Counted from the first letter of the stretch, positions 39,001-52,468 are shown. The stretch: 64,000 bases of DNA from Lytechinus pictus (GCF_037042905.1 NC_087250.1:23252001-23316000), one strand, 5' to 3'. Numbers and translations are program-made. The notes: generated from the letters alone by a model not told the origin.

Positions 39001-42000
39001 CACCATTTTGGAGCCCCCATTGAGGCAAAAAGGCGGTTCTGATATATAGTTCTACCACTATTACCGCCTTGAAACTACTTGGAGAGGAAAGAGTAGGCTT
39101 TCCTCTAACAGCTACATATAAAGAAGTGGCTCTACTATATACCAGAAACACTTTTTTGCCTCAATGGGGCTCCAAAATGGCGAGTTTTCCAATGAATTTG
39201 AAAAAATCGTAAAAAAGGTGGGGTAACATCTATATAGTCCCCTGAAGTGGGTCAGGCTTCGATATGGCAGCAATTCGTTATATATAGCTGAAAGATGGGA
39301 ACCTACTCTTTCCTCTCCAAGTGGTTTCAAGAAAATGAAATTGGGTGTTTTATACAGCAGAAGTGCATATCGCCTCAATGGGGGCTCAAAAATTGTGAAT
39401 TTTCAAATAATTAGGCAATAATACAAGAGGGGTGGGGTGATTTGACAGCCGCCAAGATAGGTAAGCTTCAATGTGCCAGCACTTCTTTGTAGAGCAAAGC
39501 ATATTCTTTCCTCCTTAATTGGTTTCAAGGCAATAAAAGTGGCAGAACTTTATATCAGAGATGTCTTTTTACCTGAATGGGGGCTCAAAATAGGTGAATT
39601 TCCAATAAATAGGTAATAACGCAAAGGGGTGAGGGGGTGATTTCGACAGCCCCCAGAAGGGGGTAGGCTTTTATTTGCCAGCACAAAATTATGTAGCTGA
39701 TAGAGCAAAGCCTATTCTTTCCTCTCTAAGTGGTTTCAAGGCAATAAAAGTGGCAGAACTATATATCAGAGAAGCCTTTTTGCTTCAATGGGGGCTCCAA
39801 AATGGTGACTTTTCAACAAATAGCCCAAAACCGAAAATTAGTGGGGTAACTTCTACAGCCGCTTGAAGGAGATAGGCTTTGATTTGCCAACACTTCTTTA
39901 TATGTAGCTGATAGAGCAAAGCCTACTCTTTCCTCTCCAAGTCATTGCTAGAAAAGAAATTTGCTGTACTATATAGTAGAAACGCCCTTTGCCTCAATGG
40001 GTGATGCAAATTGTGACTGTCCAATAGATAGTCAATTACCGAAAATTGGTGGGGTAAATTCTACAGCCCCCTGAACATTCTGAAGGGGATAGGCTTTGAT
40101 TTGCCAACACTTCTTGATATGTAGCTGATAGAGCAAAGCCTAATCTTTCCTCTCCAAGTCATTGCAAGAAAATAAAATTGGCTGTACTATATAGTAGGAA
40201 CGCGCTTTTGCCTGAATGGGTGATCCAAAATGGTGAAATATCCAATAAATCAGCAATATACATGATATAGAGGGGGGTGACTTAGATAGCCCATGAGAGG
40301 GCTAGGGTTCAATGTGTCAGTGCTTATTTATATGTAGCTGGTAGAACAAACTCTACTCTTTCCTCTCTAAGTGGTTTCAAATCAATAAAATGGGGTGTAC
40401 AACAAAGCACAAACGATTTTTGGCCTCAATGTTGGGTCCAAAATTGTGAATTTTCAAATAAATTGGCAATATTAAGCAAACCCCCCCCCCCCCCGAGAGG
40501 GGTAGGCTTCGATGTGCCACTTTGTATGTAGCTGGTAGAACAAAGCCTATATACTCTTTCCTCTCCAAGTGGTTTCAAAGCAATCAAAGTGACTGTTCTG
40601 TATAGCAGAAATGCCTGTTTTTGCTTCAATGGGTGCTCCAAAAAACAGAGATTTTTCCAACAAATAGGCAATATACAACAACATGATATAGCCAAGGGCA
40701 AGGGGGGTGACTTCGACACCCCCACCCCATGAGAGGGTCAGGCCTTGATGTGCCAACATTTTGTTTTATGTAGCTGATAGAGAAAAGCCTACTCTTAACT
40801 CTCCAAGTGGTTAAAAAGCGGAGATAATTGCATTTAAATTTTATTAAACTATACATTATACATATTATACATGTACAGTACATGTTATACGTATTAGTCT
40901 ATGGAAATGCATACAAAAAGCGACATTTCTGAAATTGAAGTATTCAAGTTTGATACCTTATAAATTTGCTAAGAAGAATGATACAGAGTTGGAATTTCAT
41001 CCACACGATAATAGTATATCAATAAAGTTTTCTGGAACATTTCAAGGTAATTCATTCATTTTTCTTAGAATTATGTAAAATCATGTATTTGCTCAATTTT
41101 CAATTTTTGGGAAAAAATGACAAAAAATGTAGTTTTCTACTTAAAATCTCAGCCAAATGACCTACTTATCCCCTATAAATAGTACCAAATTGTAGAAAAT
41201 TTATTTGTCTTTCATATGACACTAATTTTGTGGCAATGGAATATTTATGTCAAAATCTATGTACGAAAATTCAAATGTTCTGAAAATTTGGCGGCCATTT
41301 TGAAAAAAGCGCCCTCACGGGTTAATTTTCAGGATACAGCCTGGTTACCTCATATATTCATATTCAGCGTAAAAAACTGGTCTAGAAGCACTATATGAAA
41401 ATTTCTCCTTTTTCTTGTGGCACCTTGCTCAATTATAACCCGGACTAAAGTCACTCCTTGGATCTCCGGTTGGTAATGGAGCCATGGATATCTGGTAAAC
41501 CACTTCTTCTGAAAGTATTTTTTTTGTGATTTTGTCTCTTTTGGGGGAATGATCGAACAATCTTGAGGGTGATTTGGTTCATCATCATGGAAGATTTCTT
41601 CACCTCCTCTTTCCACTGTTGTGCTAGTTGATGCCGATTCTAATTCACTTATACTAGCTGTTTCTTTTTCTTGCAGCGGACTTTCAGATTCCTTTCTCAT
41701 TTCTTTTTCTGCTTTCTTGCTTGGGGTTGCTTGAAACAAGGAGAAGCTCCTTGCTTGAAAGAAGTTTGTTAGTTTGGAATACTTTTTGCGCTTTGCATCA
41801 ATTTTTAGCCTCAGATATGTCCGCGATATAATCAGGATAGTTTGCTCAAGAGCTTTTACATGTTTTATGACCAGCGCGTTTTGTTAGATATGCGCAAAGA
41901 GAAATTCTTGGTAGCTTGTTAATTTCGCGCATTGGAATTTGGTTACAATAACTTTTTATGACAGCGATGCCTGGCGATTTACTTATTTTACATAACAAAA

Positions 42001-45000
42001 ATGAAGTGATATTCAAAAGGGTTGTAGATTAACTGGGACAATCATCATGCACTTGGATGTGGGGAGGGGTAAATCTGAGAAAAGTTATTTGTACTTTTTC
42101 AAGATCTACCCCTCTGGGATTTACGTCCATGGGGTTTTCCCCGTTTATCTTGCCACACTTTTACTCCCGTTTATTTTTCCACCCTTTTGAATTAATTGAT
42201 TTATTAAAAGTAATTCATTCACCACTGGTGGGATGGAACACCCTATCAACAAAAGTTGTTTTTCGTCGGGGTCCTTTTATGTCATGTGTTAAAAATATCA
42301 TATACATAAACATTTAATTCTTTTTCATCTTGAACCTCTATTCATCTGTTTAAAAGTCCTAGAAAAGAATGTTTTTATTTAATAACAATATACACAAATT
42401 GCGAGGGAAACAAACTTATTGATGGCATACTATAATCATCACTATGATCATCATGATCAAACTTTTCATTATTTCATCATCATTATTATAATTTTTGTAC
42501 CCTAAATTACTGGGGGGATGATAATACAGGCCACCCCACTTGAATATTGGGGGATATATCCCCCATCCCCCCCCCCCCCCCCCGTGATCGACACCCATGG
42601 TTCTCATCCAGAAAAACCTGCGCGAATTAAACTTGTTAGATAGAAACCGATTAACTTTCCGCATTCTCTCTTTGAAAAGGCCTTTGGACCAAAGTACGTC
42701 ACAATCGAGTAAACCGAGTTCGCATTGTGACGTCATCAAGCATGTTGTGTACATCAAGACCCATAAGACGGGATCCACCACGCTTGAAACTCTCTTCAAC
42801 CGGTTTGGCTTCTACCATAATTCATCTTTTATCTTCAATAAAAATGGAGCTTTGGGGCATTTCGAGTAAGTTCACCCTTATAGCTTGGTCACATTTGCTC
42901 GATCTACGGCGGCCGTACGGCGAGTCGAAAACAGCCGTTTTATTAATTTTACTTCAAACCACATATATGTAGCTGGTACAAAAAATGTTAAAACGGCTGT
43001 TTCGACTCGCCGTACGGCCGCCGTAGAGCAAATGTGACCAAGGTATTAATTGTATCAATATCACCCAACCCCTCTCCCTCATTCACATGGGCTGCTGAGC
43101 CGGGGGGGGGGGTCTAGTGGGGCTTCAGCTCCCCCTTTTTCCAAAACGGTTTACATAAACGTAAAAGTAAACATCGCTTTTCCGTGATAGGTGGGCGAAT
43201 AATGGGTAAAATGAAATGGCCTATCAAAATCATCGTTGCATGCGCATTTTGCTCAGTAGACTGACTAGGAACCAATCAAAATTCTTCTTTCATAGTCAGC
43301 CCCCCCCCCCCCCCTCATACTTTCGACTCGGCTCCCACTTTCAAAACCATTCCGATGCCCCTGATTCATTCCCTTTCTCGAACAATAGCAGAGATGTGGT
43401 GTAAATGCAGAGGGGGAGGCGGGGCAAGTTGCCCCCCCTGGCGGATTTCACCGGGAAAAAAAAAAGAAAAACGGGAAAAAGAAAAAAAAAGAGGGAGAAA
43501 GCAAGGGAAAGGGGAAAAGGAAAGGAGGAAAAGGAAAGGGAAAAGTAAAAAGAAAACGAAGAAAAAACTTTTTTTAAATGGAAAAGGAAGAAAAGCGGGA
43601 AAATGTACGAAAGAAGAACATCTGAGAAAGAGCAAATCATTCCGAAATAGGCCTATGTAATGCAATAGCACAGTGGGAAATAGATCAAAAGACGACAAAA
43701 TGGCAAACAATTGCGGGAAACAAAGGTAGAATGTAATTAGTCAAAAGCTAATGGACTGCATACAACATTGTGCTTCAAGCTTGCTAAATGCGGGGCTAAA
43801 TCTTGTTATGCAAATTAGCTACCGGGGCTTTGCCCCAGACCCCACGCAGTAGGGGCTCTTCATTTATATCCTTCAAATGGCTCTATAACGCCCCCCATTC
43901 AATCACTGGCAGACAGGCGGGGGGGGGGGGGTTCTTGGTTCCACACCCAAGAGGAAATCAAATAATGAGACAACGTATAATGAAATGAATGGAAACAATA
44001 AAAGGTGTTATTTGCTGAATATAATGGAAAAATATATCACATAATTAGAATTTAATTTCAATAGGCATTTTTTTTCCCAGCTCGCTTTGCACGCTGGCGA
44101 CTTTTTACAAATTTGTCCCACATTGCAATGTTTTGCTCCCTCAAAATATATGGTTCATTACGCAACTGGGTTGAATAAATGTGTTGTGTAAAATTAAGCT
44201 ATATTCTGTATATGCCCGCGATTTGATTAAAATAGCGGCAATCTGCGAGGTTTAAATGGCTTTGATATCAAGAAGTTCCGGGGGCTCCGCCCCGGACCCC
44301 AGCCGCACAGCACAGCGTATGGAAGGGTTGGGCCATGGCTTCAAAAAGTCCTACAAACAAGAACAACAAAAAAGGGGGAAAGAAAAGCAAAGGAAACTAT
44401 GAAAGTGTAGGATATGATTTTATTTACTGAATAAAAAATAGCTCAAAGTTAGATTCTCAGGAAAAGGTGATTTTTTCTCGCTCGCTTCGCTCGCTCGGGA
44501 CTTATATAAAGCAGCTTTTTAGCACATGTGCTATAATGCGCCCTTCGGTTTTTTTTTTTTGCTCTTCACGCTACTGCCGCACAGAATCCTGTTCACAGTG
44601 GCGTACAGACCACAAAAAAGGAATCTAAAGAGAGAAGAGTGAAATATATTATTTTCTGGATATCATGTCAAAATCTATCACAAAATTTGAGTTTTTTATT
44701 AAAAAGGTCAAAATTTTTGCTCGCTCGCTTCGCTCGCTCGCAACTTTTTTTAATAGATAAATTCTGCCTGATACGCAATATCTGGCCTTCTCAAAATAGT
44801 CGCCTCATTACACCATTACACCTGTTCATACCATGATATGACCGGGAAATTTTTGGCTCTTGCCCCCCCCCCCCCCTGGCCACTGACCCCTGTTACGCCG
44901 CTGACAATAGCAGATATGTGGTGTAAATGCAGAGGGGGAGGGGCACATTAAGGGGACGTTCACCCTGAAGAAAAGTTTGTTGCAAATATAGCAAAAAAAA

Positions 45001-47720
45001 TAATAAATAACAAAAATATTGGTGAAGGTTTGAGGAAAATCCATTAAGAATAAGAAAGTTATTAGAATTCAAAGTTTTGGACTTGTGACGTCATAAACGA
45101 GCAGCTGCCCAATAAGTTATGTAATATAAAATGCGTATATTTCATTTTTTTTAATGGTTCGTGGTGACTTTTTTTTGAGAAACGGGTGTGATTTAATATA
45201 CTGAAGGTACAGTAAAAATCCTTTTCACTTTTCTGAGAAAATGACATTTAATTGATTTTTTCCAGACGATATGTAGAAAAGCTGCTCGCATATGACGTCA
45301 CAAATCAAATAATTACAATTGCAGAATTATCCCATCAAATCAAGTACCTTTGACATGCCCAATCTTCCTGTGTTCTGCGATTTTGATAATTTGATCTGAT
45401 TTGTCCGATACGATGACGTCACGACCAATTTGCTGCGTGCGCTGCGTACGGAGGAGGTGCCACGAAAATGCAAGGCGTTACAGAGCAGTAGTAAATGTGT
45501 GCGCTGGGCAAAGAGTTGCGATTGATCCAGGATTGATCCCATCAATCACAACTATGGACGGCCAGCAACGTCAACATCAACTATGCATGTTTGTTCAAAA
45601 TATGAGTCTAACTCTGATGTATATTCATGCATTCATTGTTCTCTGGAAACTTCACCGTGTTCTCTTTGTTCACAAAGAAGCCCCCATCCCCCCCGTGATC
45701 GACACCCATGATTACATGCATTATATGTTTCTTACTCGTGTGAAAATTAGTTTCTCCATTTGCATTGTACATGATGAATATAGGGGCTATGGCGGCCATT
45801 TTGAATTTCATAATACAGCATTTATCACATCAATGGCATATTAACAATTATGTTTTTAATCAGTATTCCACTCGTTTATCTTAATGATATGCATTTTAGT
45901 GCTCAATCTTGTCATTTTTTTTGCCCCGGCCATTGCCATTGTATACTCTTTGGGCCAGTGGCGGCTATTTTAGATATCAAAATACAGCAGTGTTCCCATA
46001 TATGACATAATATAAATGATATATCTCGTTAGTAATGATGATTTGCATGTATTACTTCGTTCATACATCGCGATTTTTGCAGTTTAGTGCTCATTTTTGT
46101 GAAAATTAGTTTTCCCTATTCATATTGTACATAATAGTATACATTGGCCTATGGCGGCCATTTTGAATATCAGGAAAATAAATATTTTGTCAAAAATCAT
46201 TTTCTAAGATTGTATTTCACTCCTGCCACACAATTTCATGCATTTCACAGCCAATGTGCGGACAATTTTATGATTTTCATGGGTAATTTGCATATTTTGG
46301 CGGCCATATTGGATTTTGCCAATTTGCGGAAAATGCTCAAGGTTACACGAGTGGCATCATCCAGATTCGTGATCAGCACCCTCGAATTGACAAGAAACCA
46401 TAAAAAAATATTGTATATACATATAAAAAAAACAAGGTTTGGTCAATTTTCTATGGGGCCTATCCTGGACTATATCTGCGATGCGATTCCACCGAGATAT
46501 GACTGGCAATTTGGTGCAAACGGATCCTAGCGCAATGACATCGCATAGCGTGCGCTTGGGCTTTAGAGCAATTTACCCATCCCTTTCGGTGGATAACATA
46601 TGAAACTTCTATATTCTAATGTTGCAGCTTTTGTTTTCTCTTATTGTTTTACTGAAGTGGAAATTAAGACACAAGTAAGTTTTGACAGTAAATTACATGC
46701 AATTTATGGAACTCATGGATTGTGAATATACATCTATCATATAACTACTGCTTAATTTGAAATTACAGATCAATGGACTTACGAAAAGCTGACGTGGTCA
46801 CAAAGTTACTCCCACCTCTCGGAGTAAAAGAAGGAGACTACGCGAGATATAAGAATTACGACACAAGTGCGATTCACGTACGATTTTACCGCGATGTCTT
46901 AGATCAGTTCATGGCCAATGGAACGCGTTATGTTTCGAGCGTTCGCGATCCAGCCGACCAATGGGAGTCAGCCTTTAATCAGTTTGGATTCAGAAAAGTT
47001 ATCTCAAAAGTAGCGGACTCCAATGGCCAGATGATCATAATAAACGACTCCTTAAAATTACCATTTGATGAAAAGAATTCAACGCTCGATACAATTAATG
47101 AATTTCTCCGAACACCGGAGGTATACATTGATGTTCTGAAAAAGAGGGGGGATGATATACGTTGGCATTTTGCACGAAACAGTCAAACATTTGATCTAAG
47201 TACGGATCTTGAACCAGACCAGGTTCACAACGAAACGCTTGTTAATCGGACATTCGATCGACTACTCGACGAACTGGACTTCGTCATCGTGAACGAATAC
47301 TTCGACGAATCCTTGCTCGTCATGAAGAAAGCATTTTGCTGGGATTTCACCGATATCTTGTACATTCCACAGAATAGGCGAGCAGTGAAGGATACGCTGC
47401 CGGAAAAAACGCGGGCTAAGATCCGCGCGTTTAACCGAGCAGATACGCTCCTTCATCGGCGCTTCAATGAATCTCTGTGGAAAAAGATCGAGGGTTACGG
47501 ACCGGATTTCAAGAAAGACTTGGATCATTTCAGACAAATGTTGAATGACGTCAAGTCAGAGTGTTCTGATGTAGGAATGTCTTATCTAAAGGGATATAAT
47601 TCGAAGATGCTCAATATAAGATCCAAGACCAACGGAAACCTGTATTGCAAATTAATGGCAGATAGAATTGAAGGGTCGTTCTGGCATGTCTATAATAGAC
47701 AGAAAATACAGATCTTTTAG
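26927..47720 (+). CDS. Galactose-3-O-sulfotransferase family protein, paralog A (3 coding exons, about 425 aa, type II membrane)
   Basis: Exons 26927-27066, 42680-42865 and 46769-47720 join in frame across two phase-2 GT-AG introns; N-terminal TM segment, 5'-PSB motif YIKTHKTGSTT, 3'-PB motif SVRDPADQWES, and DFVIVNEYFDESL..K..FCW typical of GAL3ST. Confidence 0.88.
28066..29065. repeat. About 1-kb polypurine (GA-rich) tract
   Basis: Almost only A and G on the plus strand; source of the F/L/S/P-rich and K/R/E/G-rich pseudo-ORFs. Confidence 0.95.
29066..31180. repeat. Minisatellite of about 27-31 bp units (ttgatgttcgaactagggggcgccaaa)
   Basis: Dozens of units visible, with higher-order duplicated blocks around 30014-30960. 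Confidence 0.95.
32471..33461. mobile_element. Nested hAT-like non-autonomous element
   Basis: TIR cagtggcgta / tacgtcactg; flanks tacctatt / tacctata (7 of 8 match). Confidence 0.7.
33666..34491. mobile_element. Tandem dimer of an about 410-bp TIR element (possibly Sola-type)
   Basis: Each monomer is gaaga..gggttaggtcc...ggacctaacc..ctcttc; outer 4-bp duplication aaat. Confidence 0.7.
36470..41800 (-). pseudogene. Degraded hAT/ZMYM1-type transposase fragment (TTF zinc finger plus DUF4371-like region), split by the 36778-41447 insertion
   Basis: Removing the insert and one TSD gives FQKKWFTRYPWLHY..GVTCF*CKRA..F..DGFNKWKKATERF; after a frameshift, LVRIFSSMRYLLRQGMPFR. Confidence 0.8.
36778..41447. 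mobile_element. 4.67-kb palindromic non-autonomous element, Academ-like
   Basis: TAGTCCGGG..CCCGGACTA termini, 3-bp TSD aag, about 740-bp near-perfect TIRs continuing into inverted arrays of an about 180-bp unit. Confidence 0.85.
42680..42865 (+). CDS. GAL3ST paralog A coding exon 2 (PAPS-binding KTHKTGSTT)
   Basis: tctctctttgaaaag acceptor, GA|GTAAGT donor. Confidence 0.92.
45730..46472. mobile_element. One end of another TAG..CTA-type (Academ-like) element
   Basis: Ends ..ggggcctatcctggacta; repeated ggcggccattttg motif as in the 36778 element. Confidence 0.5.
46769..47720 (+). CDS. GAL3ST paralog A coding exon 3 (catalytic domain)
   Basis: ttacag acceptor; ORF 46773..47720 with RDP and NEYFDESL motifs. 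Confidence 0.94.
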
Positions 47721-47838
47721 CATACTGCAATGTATAGGTCACACGCATTTGATTTTTTTATCCGTAGGATTATATGTCAAAATTGAGATTTGAGATCACG
47801 TGAAATAATGACTGTGAACACGATTCTCTTTTATCATT

Positions 47839-47986
47839 CAGGGGCCGCGGAACCGGGGGGGCTGGGGGGGCTTCAGCCCCCCCACTTTTTTTCCAAAACT
47901 GTGTACAAAAACTTAAAAATTACCATATGATTGTGATTTTTAGCATGGTCAGCCCCCCCACTTTGAAAACCGTTCCGCGGCCCCTG
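47839..47986. mobile_element. Short MITE
   Basis: TIR caggggccgcggaac / gttccgcggcccctg. Confidence 0.75.
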
Positions 47987-48209
47987 TGACATTAACTACC
48001 TTACGTTGATACTTTAAATATCTTGAGAGTTTATATCCAACATAATTTAAAACGTGACTTTCGTATAAAATGAAATGTAAAAAAGTGCAATAAAAAGTTT
48101 TATAATATGTTTAAATTAGTGAAAATGTAAATGACCAATTTCTGACTTTATTCAAATATATCGGATATCCTGTTTAGATTGTGTTCCTGTGTTTAATGGA
48201 AGTTTAACT

Positions 48210-50620
48210 TTAGCATGTTTAGACCATGCATGGACAAAAATAGAAAGAATCCCGAAAAGAGTTTGTAAAATTATCCGAGGCAAAAGTTATTTGAACTATG
48301 AAGATACTATAAAAAAGATGGAAACTGGATACACTAAAAGATAGACGTGAACAATTATGTTATGATTTTGCCAAGGCCCATGCATGTTGTAAGAACTGGG
48401 CCCCGTCTTACAAAGAGTTGTGATTGATCCGATCAATCACAACTATGGACGGCCAGCAACGTCAACATCTCTTATGCATGTTTGTTCAAAATATTTTCTA
48501 GCTATGATGTATATTCATGCATTCATCGTTGTTTTGAAAATTCATAATAATAATAATTGGCATTTACATATCACTTTATCAATTTACGACTGCTCAAAGC
48601 GCTTCAAAATTATTATGACCCCGGTCACTGGATCAACCGCGTAGCCAGGATTTCGTTTTTGGAGGGGGCGGTAAATGCACGCAAAGCGTGCCAACGTGCC
48701 AACACTTACAGAGCGCAAGCGCGCATTCTAGGGGGTGGGTGCAGGGAGGGGGAGTTTCCCCCTCCCGCTCGAAGCGCGAAGCTTTCGGTGTTTCATAAAT
48801 TAAAATGAAAAGGAACCGTCTCTCTTGTCTCTAGTATCTATATCAGCCCCAATTCAGTTGACTATATTGTGATTTTGAACCTTGTTTTCAAAAGTGATTG
48901 TGAACGCACAAACAGGGATCGAATGGAGGAATTTAAAATAATATTAACCCCGCGCGAAGCGCGGAAGCTAAAGCGTTTTATCAAATTTTTTTTTCAAAGT
49001 AAAGGGTCCCGAGAAAAGAGTATCCTCTAAGTTATATTGAATACTTCCCTTGGAAAGATCAGATTTGATTACAAACAATTTAGCAACAGTGCATATTTAA
49101 ACTCGCAAAACAGAGGAGAAGAAGGATATGCCGGGAGGAAGATATTCCTCCCCGTGCAGAGCAATGAAACTGACATTTCAAAGGGCGGACGTTTCATAAA
49201 ATGCAGATATCTCTAATACCACCATCGGCTCTATAATTCAATTGATTTTAAAAGTTGAAACTTCTGTGATTTATTGAAATTATATAAAACAGGATGATAT
49301 ATAATTTCTTTGACTAATTCTGATGCGCTTCATTTTGAATGATAAAGAAACTCAAGTGTCAAAATTTCAAACTGAGGGCGCAAAACAGGACAGGAGATGA
49401 ATGTGCAGGGAAATGACATGAAGTTAAGTAGAATTTGATAAAAAAAAATATTGTACTTTTTTTTATTTAATACGACACGAATTTTGTACCTTCCTCTCTT
49501 TAAATAGAAACCTGTTTGTCCCCAAATTATAGTTGTTTAGTAATGAGCTGAAAAGCGGGAAAATTTGCCTATATGGAGGTGATATGACGGCAGAAATTGA
49601 TGTAAAGATTTTACCCGCCCGGAGCCGACCCGACCAGAAGTTGCGCGATCAATTAAAAAAAAGATAACTTCATATACTTTGGCCTATCCTTACTCTAGTT
49701 TCATGCCCTAATGTATATATTTCAACTTTGACTGGCAAGAAATACACATAGCTGAGATGGAAAAACAGGGTTAGAGAAAGGGTGAGGGAGACAAAGGAGA
49801 ACTGCAATATTGTCATTTAACCGCGCGCAGCGCGGAAGTAAAATTCATGTATATAAATTTAGAGCAAGAGTAAAGGAGATTCTTTTTTTTAGGAAAAAAA
49901 AAAGAATGAAAAGAAAAACCCACAAAGCTACATTTCTTCCCTTTCCTTCCTTCGCTTTTCCTTTTCTCCTCTCTTTTCCCCTTCTTTTTTTTTTTGGGGG
50001 GGGGGGACCGCCCCCCTGGCTATGCGCCTGCACTGGATTCATAGCATTTCAAGCAGCCTGTTAGGCGCACACTTGCTAAACCAACCACAATGACGGTTGT
50101 TTCCTACCGGTACCCAATTAGCACCTGGGTGAGAGTGGCAAAGTGTGGATTGACGCCTTGCCAAAGGACGCTAGGCCATGTGGGGTTTGAACACACGACC
50201 CTCTGATTACAAGGCGAGAGTCAGTACCGCTACACCACGGCGCTTCCAAAGGACATTGTGCACATTTCCTCTAGAAAAAATTATGACACTGATGGATTTC
50301 CATAGAGTTACGATTGATTGAATCAATCGTAACTCTTTGTAAGACGGGGCCCTGGTTACCGGAAATCAACGTTGTTGGCATGACTTTACGCAATAATCAA
50401 AAGTACATGTAATACAAATGCAAGACCTCCCGTTTAAACATCGTTTATATTTCATCAATCTCCTAAATAACTGCTGAATTGCGTATTTTCACCATAATTT
50501 CATAATGTACACTGTATTTTTCTTAATGTACCATTAGTTTTATTATTATTACATTATTGTTTTATGCTGCGTGTATTGTGATATTCTTCTACCTCTGCTT
50601 TTTGGCTGCGCATATATGTG
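48210..50620 (+). mobile_element. Degraded L2/CR1-group LINE 3' end interrupted by nested insertions
   Basis: IERIPKRVCKII..Y..Y..LDTLKDRREQLCYDFAK..KNW continues after the insertion as LPEINVVGMTLRNN..YKCKTSR. Confidence 0.7.
48399..50351. mobile_element. Harbinger-like MITE containing a SINE, which in turn contains a hAT-like element
   Basis: TIR ggccccgtcttacaaagag / ctctttgtaagacggggcc, TSD ctg; SINE 48545-50248; inner element 48634-50030 with TSD cactggat. Confidence 0.85.
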
Positions 50621-50748
50621 TATGACTGTTTTACTTGGAAAAAATGAAATGAATTCTTTTTTTTAATCTATTTAATTTCTCAATGATAAAATTATGTTTT
50701 ACAGCGACCCCCCCCCCCCCCCCTCCTTCCCTTTGGGCTGCAGCTCTG

Positions 50749-51007
50749 GGCCCCGTCTTACAAAGAGTTTCGATTGATCTAATCAATGGAAATCCATCAG
50801 TGTCATAATTTTTTCTACAGGAACTTTGCAAAATGTCCTTTGTAAACAAGGGAGAACACACTAAATTGTCGAGAAATCGAGGAATTTATGAATATGCATC
50901 ATGTATAGAATTTCTTTTGAACAATCATGCATAAAATATGTTGACTTTGCTGGCTTTCCATAGTTGCGATTGATCAGATCAATCGCAACCTTTTGTAAGA
51001 TGGGCCC
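50749..51007. mobile_element. Harbinger-like MITE
   Basis: ggccccgtcttacaaa / tttgtaagatgggcc inverted ends with CWG flanks; relatives at 54433-54592, 59422-59579, 63520-63678. Confidence 0.75.
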
Positions 51008-51419
51008 CAGGTTTACCCCGGAAACTTTACTGTACTGTGGTGATATATAGAAACAATATTGACAATGAAAATAACAATAGTAGGCATAGGGGGGACGTGT
51101 CCCCCCCCTAAATTTTAAATTTTTAGTTGATAACCTTTTTTTTTTTTTTTGCTTGTTTGTCAATTTTTTTTTCTGCGTCCCCCCTAAATTTTTTGGTTGA
51201 TAACATTTTTTTTTTTGCTTGTCAAAAAATTTTGTGGTCCCCCCCTAAAATTTTTGGCTCCCGCCGCCAATGATAGTAGGTATAATATAACGATGATAAT
51301 TACAATGGAAAGTTGATGCTGTGAAAATGTATTTATTTACTTTATTCATAGTACTGACTTTAATTCCAATTCCAATTAAATTTCCAATATCAGTAACAGT
51401 TCCAATTTCAATTTCAATT

Positions 51420-51960
51420 TTGTTTGGGACATGAAGACAACGTGTTGAAACTTTACAAATCGACTTGTTTGGGACAAGAATACAACGTGTTGAAACTTAG
51501 AAATCAACTTGTTTGGGACAAGAAGACAACGTGTTGAAACTTAAAAATCGATTTGTTTGGGACAAGAAGACAACGTGTTGAAACTTAGAAATCGACTTGT
51601 TTGGGACAAGAAGACAACGTGTTTAAACTTAGAAATCGACTTGTTTGGGACAAGAATACAACGTGTTGAAACTTAGAAATCAACTTGTTTGGGACAAGAA
51701 GACAACGTGTTGAAACTTAGAAATCAACTTGTTTGGGACAAGAAGACAACGTGTTTAAACTTAGAAATCGACTTGTTAGGGACAAGAAGAAAAACGACGA
51801 GTTGTTCAAACTTGTTTGGGAAACGTCGCGTTGTTTGGGGAAAGAATACAATTTAATCAAATCATTAGTTGTTGAACTTTGGCAAGTCGATTTGTTTGGG
51901 ACAAGAAGAAAATATGATGAGTCGTTGAAATTCAAAAAGTCGATTTGTTTTGGGACAAGT
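51420..51960. repeat. 44-bp tandem repeat, about 8 near-identical units plus degenerate units
   Basis: Unit ttgtttgggacaagaagacaacgtgttgaaacttagaaatcgac. Confidence 0.95.
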
Positions 51961-52468
51961 ATCCACCAAGAAATTAAAATTAAATGTGCGCGAAGCGTAT
52001 TACAACGAGCATGAAGAAGGGTGCCCCTTTATCTTGTTAATTGCGGCCGGGGAGCTCGGGTCAGGGATTCGAAATGCTTTGAAGTGCAGTTCATCAGATT
52101 TTAATTTGTATCACAAATTTTAATAACAAGTATGAAGCAGCTCGTCGTGATTTAATGAGTAGTATGTTGAGATAAAAAAAAACTCCGTGAAAATCATAAT
52201 AAGATGAAGTACCCTTGCATTCCAATCTATTCATTTTGGTATTCTGAGAACCGCCATGTTATCTCTGTATAAGACACAGCTTTTTTATGGAGTAATATCC
52301 AATGAGAAAGGCTGTTTTATAGCACTCTCATCTCATTCAAACCATGGACCTATATTACAACCAATGAACATACTGAAAATCCTTTTTCGCCAGGTGTGGC
52401 AAATGAGTGAGATTGCGTCAATTCATCAAATTCAAATGCGCTTGCACAAACACGATAATAGTTTTATG

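Noticed and set aside
47262..47537. Antisense ORFs within GAL3ST exons (also 62354-62967)
   Set aside because: Shadow frames of the real coding exons.
51420..51960. CRISPR-like regular repeat
   Set aside because: Units are head-to-tail with no unique spacers, there are no cas genes, and the context is eukaryotic.
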